A stretch of 64,000 bases of DNA from Candidatus Sericytochromatia bacterium. Lineage in GTDB: Bacteria; Cyanobacteriota; Sericytochromatia; S15B-MN24; UBA4093. The position numbers and the translations under genes are program-made. The notes below the pieces were generated by a model. The model was not told where the DNA came from, searched no databases, and saw only the letters and a list, made by a program, of their open reading frames with translations. Each line of letters starts with the position of its first letter. The stretch's first letter is position 1. Below are positions 1-8,839 of the stretch, piece by piece. The stretch spans positions 160,001 to 224,000 of the forward strand of contig JAKFBU010000026.1 in NCBI GenBank assembly GCA_036676985.1, given 5' to 3'.

Positions 1-106
1 TTAGCCCCGTTTGGCGATTGGTTTCGCCCGGCCCATGGACTATGCTCCCGGGTGACTCGGACCAGCATCCAGGCAGCGGCTCAGTTTCGGCCAAAGGAGG
101 AGAACC

Positions 107-1327
107 GTGAAAGCAGTCGTCTTCCACGCCATCGGGGACATCCGCCTCGAGGAGGTGCCGGATCCCCGGATCGAACGTCCCACCGACGCCGTCGTACGCC
201 TGACGGCGAGCGCCATCTGCGGGACGGACCTGCACATGGTCCGGGGGACGATGGTCGGCATGCAGCCCGGCACCATCCTGGGCCACGAGGGGGTGGGCGT
301 GGTCGAGGAGCTGGGCGCGGACGTCCGTAACCTGCGCGTGGGCGATCGCGTCGTCATTCCCTCCTCGATCGGCTGCGGCAACTGCTCGTACTGTCGGTCG
401 GGCTACTTCGCCCAGTGCGACGTGGCGAACCCCAACGGCAAGCGGGCGGGCACGGCCTTCTTCGGCGGACCCAAGGAATCGGGCCCCTTCAACGGCCTGC
501 AGGCCGAGAAGGCGCGCATCCCGTTTGCGAACATCGGGCTCGTCAAGCTGCCCGACAACGTCTCCGACGAGCAGGCCCTTCTGCTGTCCGACATCTTCCC
601 GACGGCCTACCAGGCCGCCGAGATGGCCGAGATCAAGCCCGGTAACACGGTGGCGGTGTTCGGCTGCGGGCCGGTGGGCCTCTTGGCCATCGAGAGCGCC
701 AAGCTCCTGGACGCGGGCCGCATCCTCGCGGTGGACTGCATCCCGAGCCGGCTCGAGATGGCCCGCCGCCTCGGCGCCGAGGTCATCAACTTCGAGGAGG
801 AGGACCCGGTCGAGACCATCCTGCGCCTCACGGACGGCATCGGCGTGGACCGGGCCATCGACGCGGTGGGGGTGGACGCCAACCACGCGCACCGGGGTCC
901 GGCGGCCCAGGAGGCGAAGCGGCTGGAGCCGGTGTTCAAAGAGGAGCTCGCGCAGGTGGCCCCCGAGGCGAACCGGGTGGGCGACAACTGGCACCCCGGC
1001 GACGCCCCGTCCCAGGCCCTCATCTGGGCGGTCAAGGCTCTCGACAAGGCGGGCACCCTGTCCGTCATCGGCGTCTACCCGAAGACGGTGCAGCTCTTCC
1101 CCATCGGCGAGGCCATGAACAAGAACCTCACCATCAAGATGGGCAACTGCAACCACCGCAAGTACATCCCCATGCTCATCGACCTGGTGCAGGCCGGCGT
1201 GGTCGATCCGGCCGCCATCCTCACGCAGCACAAGTCCCTGGAAAGCGTCATAGACGCCTTCAAGGCCTTCGACCGGCGCGAGGAGGGCTGGACCAAGGTG
1301 GAGCTGAAGCCCGCCGCGGCCAAGTAG
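107..1327 (+). CDS. Zinc-dependent alcohol dehydrogenase (MDR family, formaldehyde dehydrogenase-like)
   Basis: CGTDLH and GHEGVG motifs, structural Zn CGNCSYC..C, GCGPVG nucleotide-binding motif; AAGGAGG RBS before GTG. Confidence 0.9.
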   Translation: MKAVVFHAIGDIRLEEVPDPRIERPTDAVVRLTASAICGTDLHMVRGTMVGMQPGTILGHEGVGVVEELGADVRNLRVGDRVVIPSSIGCGNCSYCRSGYFAQCDVANPNGKRAGTAFFGGPKESGPFNGLQAEKARIPFANIGLVKLPDNVSDEQALLLSDIFPTAYQAAEMAEIKPGNTVAVFGCGPVGLLAIESAKLLDAGRILAVDCIPSRLEMARRLGAEVINFEEEDPVETILRLTDGIGVDRAIDAVGVDANHAHRGPAAQEAKRLEPVFKEELAQVAPEANRVGDNWHPGDAPSQALIWAVKALDKAGTLSVIGVYPKTVQLFPIGEAMNKNLTIKMGNCNHRKYIPMLIDLVQAGVVDPAAILTQHKSLESVIDAFKAFDRREEGWTKVELKPAAAK

Positions 1328-1337
1328 AGGAGGACCC

Positions 1338-1688
1338 ATGGCAGACATCGTCTTCAAGCTGAAACCCGCACCCACCGAGGCGGATGCCGAGCGCCTGGTG
1401 GAGGCGGTCGAGAACATGAACGGGGTGACGGAGGCGACCCTCGATACCGCGACCTGCCGGCTCTTCGTCACCTTCGACACCATGCGCATGGGGGACATCG
1501 AGCTCGAGCGGACCCTCAAGGACAACGGCTTCGAGGTCGCCACCGAGGACGAGGTCGGCTTCATGAGCGACGTGCCCGGCTATACGCAGGACGCGGACAA
1601 GCAGGAGCAGGACCAGGCGGCCGCCACGGACATGACCCGGATGAACGAGATCGACCTGAACGGAGGGCTCGGGGCGGAGTCGACGTAG
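1338..1688 (+). CDS. HMA-fold-like protein lacking CxxC, with acidic C-terminal tail
   Basis: 'LVEAVENMNGVTEATLD...VTFD...ELERTLKDNGFEV' fits the HMA pattern; GAGGAGG RBS. Confidence 0.6.
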   Translation: MADIVFKLKPAPTEADAERLVEAVENMNGVTEATLDTATCRLFVTFDTMRMGDIELERTLKDNGFEVATEDEVGFMSDVPGYTQDADKQEQDQAAATDMTRMNEIDLNGGLGAEST

Positions 1689-1768
1689 TTAGCCCCAGGC
1701 GGTTTAGCTGAGCCCCGGGCGGCAGCTATGGCCTTGCTCCGGGCGGGTGGGGACCGTAAGATGAGGGC

Positions 1769-2986
1769 GTGAACCCGCTTTCGCGCCTCCGCGCCCTCTT
1801 GCCCAACTTGCCGCGCGGCCCCGAGGGCCTCGTCTGGTACCTCGTCCTCCTGCAGTCGATCGGCGTGACGGCCGTCTTGCCGGTCTTGCCGCTGTACGCC
1901 CAGGAGCACGGGGCGGACCTCGCCTTCATCGGGTGGATGGTCGGCGCCTACATGGCGGCCAACCTGGTCGCCACCTACCCCGCGGGCTGGCTCTCGGACC
2001 GGGTGGGCCGGCGCAGCCTCATGGCCGCGGGGATGGCCCTCTACGGCCTCGCGTCCCTGGGCTTCCTCGTTTTCGGGCAGCCCTGGGCCTTCGTGTTGTT
2101 GCGGGCCATCGAGGGCGTCGCGGGGGCATGCTTCGTGCCGACGGCGATCGCCTACGTGGCCGATCGCAGCTCTCCCGCGGAGCGGGGCGCGCGGCTCGCC
2201 GAGCTCACGGCCGCCCAGTACGTGGGGCTCTTGGCGGGACCTGCCATCGGGGGAGTGCTCGCCACGGCCTTCGGCTTCGCGGCGCCCTTCTGGGTGCTCG
2301 CGGCCCTCTGTCTGCTCTCCTCCGGCTTCGTCGCCAAGCTGCCCGGGGCGGGCCGCGCGGCGGCGGCCGACCGAGCGGCGGCCCCCGGGGGCTGGGACGG
2401 CGTCGTGTGGCCCGTCATCCTGGGCCTGGGCGCCCGTGCCCTGGCGGGCGGCTTCGCCGTCGGCCTCTACGAGACGGTCTGGGCCATCTACCTGAAAGAC
2501 CTGGGGGCCACCACCTGGGAGATCAGCCTGAGCTGGACCCTCTTCGCCATCCCCCCCATCGTGCTCGCGGGCGCGGCCGGCCGGCTCATCGACCGCGCGG
2601 GGCCGCGCGGGCCGCTCCTCTGGGGGACGGCCTTCAGCGGCGTCATCGTCGCCACCTACTCCCTCACCCGCCGCGTGGAGCTGCTGCTCCTGCTCGGCGT
2701 CGTCGACGGCATCGGCTTCGCCTTCGCCTACCCCGCCCAGAACGCCCTCATGGTGGCCGCGGCTCCCGAGGCCCTGCGCGGCCGGGTCATCGCCCTCGTC
2801 ACGGCCCTCGGCACGGTGGGCTCCCTGGTGGGCGTCTTCGTCGTCCCCCGGCTCTATCCCCTCGGCCCCCACTGGGTCTTCGGCGTCACCTCCGTCCTCC
2901 TGCTCGCCTCGGTCGGCGTGCTCGCCATGGTCCGCTTGACCGATCCGGCGATCCGGGTTACACCGACACCCGAGCACGTTGTCTGA
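1769..2986 (+). CDS. MFS transporter (DHA1/TetA-like)
   Basis: About 12 hydrophobic segments, motif A 'GWLSDRVGRR', 'GPAIGG'. Confidence 0.88.
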   Translation: MNPLSRLRALLPNLPRGPEGLVWYLVLLQSIGVTAVLPVLPLYAQEHGADLAFIGWMVGAYMAANLVATYPAGWLSDRVGRRSLMAAGMALYGLASLGFLVFGQPWAFVLLRAIEGVAGACFVPTAIAYVADRSSPAERGARLAELTAAQYVGLLAGPAIGGVLATAFGFAAPFWVLAALCLLSSGFVAKLPGAGRAAAADRAAAPGGWDGVVWPVILGLGARALAGGFAVGLYETVWAIYLKDLGATTWEISLSWTLFAIPPIVLAGAAGRLIDRAGPRGPLLWGTAFSGVIVATYSLTRRVELLLLLGVVDGIGFAFAYPAQNALMVAAAPEALRGRVIALVTALGTVGSLVGVFVVPRLYPLGPHWVFGVTSVLLLASVGVLAMVRLTDPAIRVTPTPEHVV

Positions 2987-2999
2987 GGCAGGAGGACGC

Positions 3000-3734
3000 A
3001 TGGATCTCGGATTGACTGGCAAGCGCGCCCTGGTCATGGGGGGCTCGACGGGCCTCGGCAAGGCGATCGCCCGCGCCCTGGCGGCCGAGGGCGCCCAAGT
3101 CGCCCTCTGCGCCCGGGGCCGGGAGCGCCTGGAGGCGGCGGCCCGGGAGCTCGGGGCCGTGCCGCTCGTCTGCGATCTCTCGAAGCCCGGTGCCGGAGCG
3201 GCCGTGGTCAAGCAGGCCATCGAGCGCCTGGGTGGCCTGGACATCCTCGTTTGCAACACGGGCGGCCCTCCCACCGGGGCCTTCGAGTCGCTCTCGGCCG
3301 AGCAGTGGCAGACGGGCTTCCAGGGCCTCTTCCTGAGCGCCGCCGAGGCCATGCGGGCCGCGTTGCCCGCCATGCGCGCCCAGGGCTTCGGTCGGATCCT
3401 GCTCGTGACCTCGGTGGCGGCCCGCGAGCCCATCGCCAACCTCACGGTCTCCAACGCCCTCCGGGCGGGCCTCTTGGGCCTCGTGAACACCGTGAGCCGC
3501 GAGGTGGCCGCCGCGGGCGTCACGGTCAACGCCCTCTTGCCGGGCTACACCAAGACCGAGCGGCTCGAGGAGCTGGGCGTCACGGACGAGCAGCTCGCGA
3601 GCCAGATCCCCGCCGGACGTCTCGCCAAGCCCGAGGAGCTGGGGGCGCTCGTGGCCTTTCTAGCCTCCGAGCCCGCGGCGTACGTCACGGGGCAGGCGAT
3701 CGCCTGCGACGGGGGCTACCTGCGGAGCATCTGA
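3000..3734 (+). CDS. SDR family oxidoreductase
   Basis: 'GGSTGLG' Rossmann motif, 'NTGGP', 'VTGQAIACDGG'; GGAGG RBS before ATG 3000. Confidence 0.9.
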   Translation: MDLGLTGKRALVMGGSTGLGKAIARALAAEGAQVALCARGRERLEAAARELGAVPLVCDLSKPGAGAAVVKQAIERLGGLDILVCNTGGPPTGAFESLSAEQWQTGFQGLFLSAAEAMRAALPAMRAQGFGRILLVTSVAAREPIANLTVSNALRAGLLGLVNTVSREVAAAGVTVNALLPGYTKTERLEELGVTDEQLASQIPAGRLAKPEELGALVAFLASEPAAYVTGQAIACDGGYLRSI

Positions 3735-3843
3735 TCCGCCCCTTGCGTTCGACGCGAAATGCCCCATCATGGAGGCCTGCTGCCCCTGCCGGCAGCAGGC
3801 CTCATGCTTGCTGAACCACAGCTGAACCACACAAGGAGTAACG

Positions 3844-4161
3844 ATGGAGCTCAAGACCAAGCGCTGCATTCCCTGCGAAGGGGGAGTGCCCAAGCTCGAC
3901 GCGCAGCAGACGCAAGACATGCTGACGAAGGTGCAGGGCTGGGAAGCGCGTGACGAGAAGATCCACAAGACGTTCGAGTTCAAGGACTTCGTGACCGCCA
4001 TGCAGTTCCTGAACCAGATGGCGGACGTCGCCGAGGCCGAGGGCCATCACCCGGACTTCTCCGTCCACTACAACCGGGTGGATGTGACCATCTGGACGCA
4101 TGCCCTCGACGGGCTTTCGGAGAACGACTTCATCCTCGCCGCGAAGATCGACGCCCTTTAG
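3844..4161 (+). CDS. phhB: Pterin-4-alpha-carbinolamine dehydratase
   Basis: 'CIPCEGG', 'AEAEGHHPD', 'WTHALDGLSENDFILAAKID'. Confidence 0.92.
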   Translation: MELKTKRCIPCEGGVPKLDAQQTQDMLTKVQGWEARDEKIHKTFEFKDFVTAMQFLNQMADVAEAEGHHPDFSVHYNRVDVTIWTHALDGLSENDFILAAKIDAL

Positions 4162-4179
4162 CGCCATCGCACGATAAAG

Positions 4180-4211
4180 CGCCCCCGCCGGAAGCGTTTC
4201 CGGCGGGGGCG
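4180..4211. terminator. GC-rich hairpin between convergent genes
   Basis: CGCCCCCGCCGGAA-gcgt-TTCCGGCGGGGGCG perfect stem. Confidence 0.7.
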
Positions 4212-4295
4212 TGACGTTTGGCGCCGTTCGGCGCCATCAGGAACGATTCAGCAGTGACTCACGGGTCAACCGCCGCCGCTAGCCGAGTCGCGCGC

Positions 4296-4634
4296 TTACT
4301 TGCCCTGCTTGAGGGCCTTGCGCAGCAAGGACTGCTGGGTGCGCAGCGCTTCGAGCTCCTTGGCGAGCTCTTCGGGCGAACGGCTCGCGAGCAGCTCGGA
4401 AACCTTGATCTTGTGCTCATGCTTCGACTCGAGCGACTCGATGCGCTGATCGAGCTTCGCGATGCGCGACTCCATGCTCTCGCGCAGCTTGTCACGCTTG
4501 ACCTTCAGCTCCTGCACCAGTTCGTAGGGCGAACGGCGCGTGCGCTTGGACGCGCTGGCCTTGGCCTTCGCCGCGGCGGAACCGCCGGCGGCTTTCTTCG
4601 CCTTAGTCGAACCAGCAGCTTTGGTACGGGCCAT
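4296..4634 (-). CDS. Small basic Lys/Ala-rich coiled-coil protein (possible nucleoid-associated protein)
   Basis: GGAGGAGG RBS before ATG 4634; begins MARTKAAGSTKAKK, then heptad-rich helix; own promoter and terminator. Confidence 0.8.
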   Translation of the reverse strand: MARTKAAGSTKAKKAAGGSAAAKAKASASKRTRRSPYELVQELKVKRDKLRESMESRIAKLDQRIESLESKHEHKIKVSELLASRSPEELAKELEALRTQQSLLRKALKQGK

Positions 4635-4711
4635 GAATCCTCCTCCATCCAATCCAAATCGTAAGCCGACACTTTCAATCGATCGGCAAAAACACTATGA
4701 AGATTGGGCCT

Positions 4712-4740
4712 ACTGTAGCAAAGCAGATGGAGCTGCGCAA
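4712..4740 (-). promoter_or_regulatory. Putative sigma70 promoter for the basic protein
   Basis: Minus strand TTGCGC-17 nt-TACAGT with TG extension, in an AT-richer intergenic stretch. Confidence 0.5.
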
Positions 4741-4960
4741 TAATCTCGGACGGTAAATTGGCGAAATTTATCCCATCTTTATGCCAATTGACCTATAAAC
4801 TCCCCGGCTCTAACGTGCCTTCCCCGTTGCTCGCCCCATGAGGGCCTCCTGGACGGGGTACGGGTTCCCCCGCCCCTTCCGGCACCGGGCGGGCGCCATC
4901 GCCGCGCGCCGACCGCGCGAGCCGCCGCGGCGGACGCGTGCCGGGCCGGGGCGCCCCACC

Positions 4961-5512
4961 TCAGGCGGGCTGGCCGGAAAAGATGAGTTCCGTGAGGGCT
5001 TGTTCGTAAACGTCGAGGTCGGACGGCCGGAAAAGGATCATTTGGACCTCGCGCAGGCCGGATCCGGCCTTTAGATGGCGAATGATGGTTTCCAGCGCGA
5101 TCTTCGCCGCAGGTTCGAGCGGATAGCCATAGGCGCCGGTGCTGATCGACGGAAAGGCGATGGTGCGCACTTGCCGCTCGTCGGCGGCCCGCAAGCTGCT
5201 CTCGTAGGCGGAGGCCAGCTGTGCGGCCTCGTTGCGGCCACCCCCGCCCCAGATGGGACCGACGGCGTGGATGACGTAGTGCGCGGACAGCTTGCCGGCG
5301 CCCGTGACGCAGGCCGAACCGGTGGGACACTGGCCGATCTGGCGGCACTCCTCCATGATGGCGGGGCCCCCGGCCTTGTGGATGGCGCCGTCCACGCCGC
5401 CTCCGCCCCGGAGCTGGCTGTTGGCCGCGTTGACGATGGCGTCGACGTTGCAGCGCGTGAGGTCCCCTTGGCGCAAGCGGAGCCACGCCGATCCGATTCG
5501 AATGTCTCGCAT
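4961..5512 (-). CDS. ymdB: Macrodomain O-acetyl-ADP-ribose deacetylase / ADP-ribosylhydrolase (YmdB-like)
   Basis: 'GDLT..VDAIVNAAN..L.GGGGVDGAIH', 'VIHAVGP', 'AFPSISTGAYGYP'. Confidence 0.92.
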   Translation of the reverse strand: MRDIRIGSAWLRLRQGDLTRCNVDAIVNAANSQLRGGGGVDGAIHKAGGPAIMEECRQIGQCPTGSACVTGAGKLSAHYVIHAVGPIWGGGGRNEAAQLASAYESSLRAADERQVRTIAFPSISTGAYGYPLEPAAKIALETIIRHLKAGSGLREVQMILFRPSDLDVYEQALTELIFSGQPA

Positions 5513-5540
5513 GGCTACCATCTACCCGGTGGCCCGCTCC

Positions 5541-6278
5541 TTACACGTAGGTCGGGAAGGGGGCGCACCCCTGCATGAAGACGCTCGCGGGCGTGAGCAC
5601 CTCGTCGGGCGTGAGGATCTCGTGCCGCGTCAGCCAGTCCAGCCGCCCGGTGGAGAGGGTCCCCCCCTGGGGTCTCAGCGGCTCGTGCGGGGAGTGCATC
5701 AGGCCGAAGCGATCGTCGGGCAGCGGGAAGTAGGCGTCCGCCACGTCGCCCAGCACCTGAACGGCCGCCTCGGCGCTCGCGAAGCCCGGGGTGACGGGGG
5801 TGGGGCCGGCGTACTCGAGGAAGAGCTCCAGCTCGTCTCCCGCCTTCGCTTCCACCCGTGCCAGCTGCTCGTCGGCCCATGTCAGGTCGTAGGTCACGTC
5901 CACGCCGTGCGCCGGGAGGCCCGGCAGGATGCGCAGCCCCTGCGCGTACAGGGCCGGACCGATCAAGCTGCGGAAGATGTAGAGGGCGTGGCCCTCGTCC
6001 TGCACGATGTAGGTCCGGTAGTTGATCTGGTGGAGCTGGATCGGCACGGCGGGCATGCCGCCCACCCGCCGCAGCAGGAGCCGGCCCATGAAGACCGAGA
6101 GCCACGCGCGCTCGTGACCCTCCACGCGGCGGGTGAGGGGGATGAAGTAGTCAGGCAGCACGCCCTGGAGGCGCGCCGGCGGCACGGCGTAGTTGAGGAG
6201 CGTGAAGCCCTCGATGTCGAAGTCGACCGAAAAGGGCAGGACGGGGGGCCGGATGCGCGCCTGGGGTAGCGTGAGCAT
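5541..6278 (-). CDS. DUF2071 (YqjF-like) protein
   Basis: 'LLNYAVPPARLQGVLP', 'AWLSV', 'QINYRTY'; AGGAGG RBS before ATG 6278. Confidence 0.65.
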   Translation of the reverse strand: MLTLPQARIRPPVLPFSVDFDIEGFTLLNYAVPPARLQGVLPDYFIPLTRRVEGHERAWLSVFMGRLLLRRVGGMPAVPIQLHQINYRTYIVQDEGHALYIFRSLIGPALYAQGLRILPGLPAHGVDVTYDLTWADEQLARVEAKAGDELELFLEYAGPTPVTPGFASAEAAVQVLGDVADAYFPLPDDRFGLMHSPHEPLRPQGGTLSTGRLDWLTRHEILTPDEVLTPASVFMQGCAPFPTYV

Positions 6279-6396
6279 GCTCGCCTCCTTCGGGGATCGC
6301 TGCGGCGCCATCATAGCCGTCTGGTCCGAGATCGCAACCATCCGTTCCCTGCGGTCAAGGCCCGGCAGGGATGCTAGAATAGGGCGCACGTCCCCC

Positions 6397-6822
6397 ATGG
6401 AGCCGACTCCCCCCGTGATCAAATCCTGCACCACTTATCTTCAGAATGCGTCCGCCTTGTTGCTCGGCTCGGGGGTGCGCTACGCGCTGGTCGGCGTCCT
6501 CAACACGGCCGTCGGCTACGCGGTCTTCTACCTCTGCCTGCGCCTCGGCATGGGCCACCTGGTGTCCCTCGCCCTCTCCTACGCGGTGGGCGTCGTCCAC
6601 AGCTTCCTCTGGAACCGGCTGTGGACCTTCAAGGCGCAAGGGGCCGTGGCACGCCAGGTGCCCCGGTTCGTCGTCGTGACGGGCCTGACCTTCGCCCTCA
6701 ACGCCGCCATGCTGCAGGGCCTGGTTCATGTGGGCATGCGGCCCGACCTGGGGCAGCTCATGTGCCTGGTGGTGACCACGGTCGTAGGGTATTTCGGGCA
6801 TCGGCTCTGGAGCTTCCGGTGA
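6397..6822 (+). CDS. GtrA family protein
   Basis: 'RYALVGVLNTAV', 'SFLWNRLWTF', four TM segments; TGCTAGAAT extended -10 upstream. Confidence 0.85.
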   Translation: MEPTPPVIKSCTTYLQNASALLLGSGVRYALVGVLNTAVGYAVFYLCLRLGMGHLVSLALSYAVGVVHSFLWNRLWTFKAQGAVARQVPRFVVVTGLTFALNAAMLQGLVHVGMRPDLGQLMCLVVTTVVGYFGHRLWSFR

Positions 6823-7865
6823 CGCTCGCCCTCTTGGGGGATGCCCGGAGCGTGCACGTCGTGCGCTGGGCCTCGTACTTCGCCGCGCGGGGCTGGGACG
6901 TCCACGTGATCTCCTTGCGGCCGGGCGACATCGCGGGGGTGACGGTCCATCACCTGAAGCCGCTGTGGCCGGGGCGGCTCGGCTATCCGACCGTGATTCC
7001 GGTCCTCCGGTCCCTCCTGGCCAGGCTCCGTCCCGCGCTCGTCCACGCGCACTACGCCACGAGCTATGGGCTCCTGGGAGTGCTCGGCGGCCGGCGGCCC
7101 CTCATCATCTCCTTGTGGGGCAGCGACGTCTTCGAGTGGCCCACGAAAGGCCCCTTGCACCGGGCCATGCTCGCGTTCAACCTGAAACATGCCAGCTTGC
7201 TGTGCGCGACCAGTCGGGGGCTGGCCGAAGCCGCGCGACCCTATGCGCCCCCGGGGCGGTTCATCGAGGTGACGCCCTTCGGGGTGGATCTCGGGCGCTT
7301 CGACCTCGCCCCCGAGCATGAGGGGCCGGTCGTGATCGGGACGGCCCGGGGGCTGGAGTGGCGATACGGGATCGACCTCTTGATCCGGGCCTTCGCCCTC
7401 CTGGAACCCTCGGTGGCCCGCCTGGTGATCGTCGGGGCGGGGCCGCAACGTGCGGAGTACGAGGCGCTCGTCCAAGAGCTCGGCCTGCAGGGACGCGTGG
7501 AGTTTCCGGGCTGGGTGGACCCGGCCGAGATTCCGCGCACGTATCGCGCGTTCGACGTCTTCGTCGCTCCGTCGCGGATCGAGGCCTTCGGAGTCGCGGT
7601 GCTCGAGGCGGCGGCCTGTGGGCTACCCGCCGTGGTGACCAAGGTCGGGGGCCTGCCCGAGGTGGTCGAGGACGGCGTGACGGGCCTGGTGGTGCCGCCG
7701 GAGGACCCCGTGGCCCTGGCCGAGGCCCTGCGCCGGCTGGTGGCGGATCGCGAGGGGCGCCGCCGCATGGGCGCGGCCGCCCGACGCTTCGTCGCCGCGC
7801 GCTATCGCTGGGAGGATACGGCGGAGCGCATGGAGCAGCTCTACCGCCAGGTGATCATGCGCTAA
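6819..7865 (+). CDS. Glycosyltransferase family 4
   Basis: 'HAHYATSYG', 'WGSDV', 'EAFGVAVLEAAACGLP'; GTGA overlap with gtrA. Confidence 0.9.
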   Translation: MTLALLGDARSVHVVRWASYFAARGWDVHVISLRPGDIAGVTVHHLKPLWPGRLGYPTVIPVLRSLLARLRPALVHAHYATSYGLLGVLGGRRPLIISLWGSDVFEWPTKGPLHRAMLAFNLKHASLLCATSRGLAEAARPYAPPGRFIEVTPFGVDLGRFDLAPEHEGPVVIGTARGLEWRYGIDLLIRAFALLEPSVARLVIVGAGPQRAEYEALVQELGLQGRVEFPGWVDPAEIPRTYRAFDVFVAPSRIEAFGVAVLEAAACGLPAVVTKVGGLPEVVEDGVTGLVVPPEDPVALAEALRRLVADREGRRRMGAAARRFVAARYRWEDTAERMEQLYRQVIMR

Positions 7866-8017
7866 GCGATTGGCCGGCCGGCACGAGCGCCGGGGCGAGG
7901 CCGAGCTCTCTTGTGGGCGGCCGTGACGTGGCGCTTGCCCAGCTTGCTTTAAATCCACGCGCTCGGCCAAAGGTGCTAGAATGGGGGGTGACGCCCCGCC
8001 TCGATACAAGGTCTCAG

Positions 8018-8839
8018 ATGGTCCAGCCACCCAAGCCGCTCGTGAGCGTGGTCACCCCCACCTTCAACAGCGAGCGCTACCTCGAACGGACGATTCTTTC
8101 GGTCCTCGAGCAATCCCACGAACCCGTCGAGCATCTCATCGTCGACGGCGGCTCCACCGACGGCACGCTGGCCATCGTCGCGCGCTACCCGCATCTCACG
8201 CTCATCCAGGGCCGCGATCGCAACATGTACGACGCCCTCAACAAGGGCCTCAAGGCCGCCCAGGGCGAGATCATCGGCTGCCTCAACTCGGACGACCAGT
8301 ACGCCCCGGGGGCGCTCGCGGCCGTCGTGGCGGCCTTCGAGCGGGACGCCGCCAGCGACGTGGTCTTCGGCCACGCCACCTTCGTGGACGAGGCCGATCG
8401 CCGCCTCTTCGACCTGGCGGCCCTGCCCTTCAGCTGGCGGCGGTTCGCGGCGCTCGACTTCAGCTCCCTGTGTTTCTCGAGCGTCTTCTGGCGCCGCGGC
8501 ATCCACGAGCGCGTGGGCTACTTCAACGACGACTACTCGCTCGCCGCGGACTTCGACTTCTACCTGCGCTTCAAGCCCCTGCGCCTGCGCCGCCTGCCGC
8601 GCGTCCTGAGCCTGTTCCGCAATCACGCCGAGGCCCAGACCTACACCAAGCAAGGCAAGAGCCGCGAAGAGGTCGCCCGGATCCTCGCCGCCATCGGCGT
8701 CCACGACTCGCCCCTGCAGCGCCTGAAGTGGCAGATCGGCAAGGTCCTGTTCATCCTGGTCTGCTACCGCCCACCCCTCGTCATGCTGCGCCGCGGCGTG
8801 CGCAAGCTGGGCCGTCGCCTCGCCGGAGCCCGCCCATGA
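8018..8839 (+). CDS. Glycosyltransferase family 2 (WfgS-like)
   Basis: 'VSVVTPTFN', 'IVDGGSTDGT', 'YDALNKG', 'LNSDD'. Confidence 0.9.
   Translation: MVQPPKPLVSVVTPTFNSERYLERTILSVLEQSHEPVEHLIVDGGSTDGTLAIVARYPHLTLIQGRDRNMYDALNKGLKAAQGEIIGCLNSDDQYAPGALAAVVAAFERDAASDVVFGHATFVDEADRRLFDLAALPFSWRRFAALDFSSLCFSSVFWRRGIHERVGYFNDDYSLAADFDFYLRFKPLRLRRLPRVLSLFRNHAEAQTYTKQGKSREEVARILAAIGVHDSPLQRLKWQIGKVLFILVCYRPPLVMLRRGVRKLGRRLAGARP

Noticed and set aside
4800-4960. Possible ncRNA or small ORF in an extremely GC-rich intergenic stretch
   Set aside because: No RBS-supported ORF and no recognisable RNA family motif
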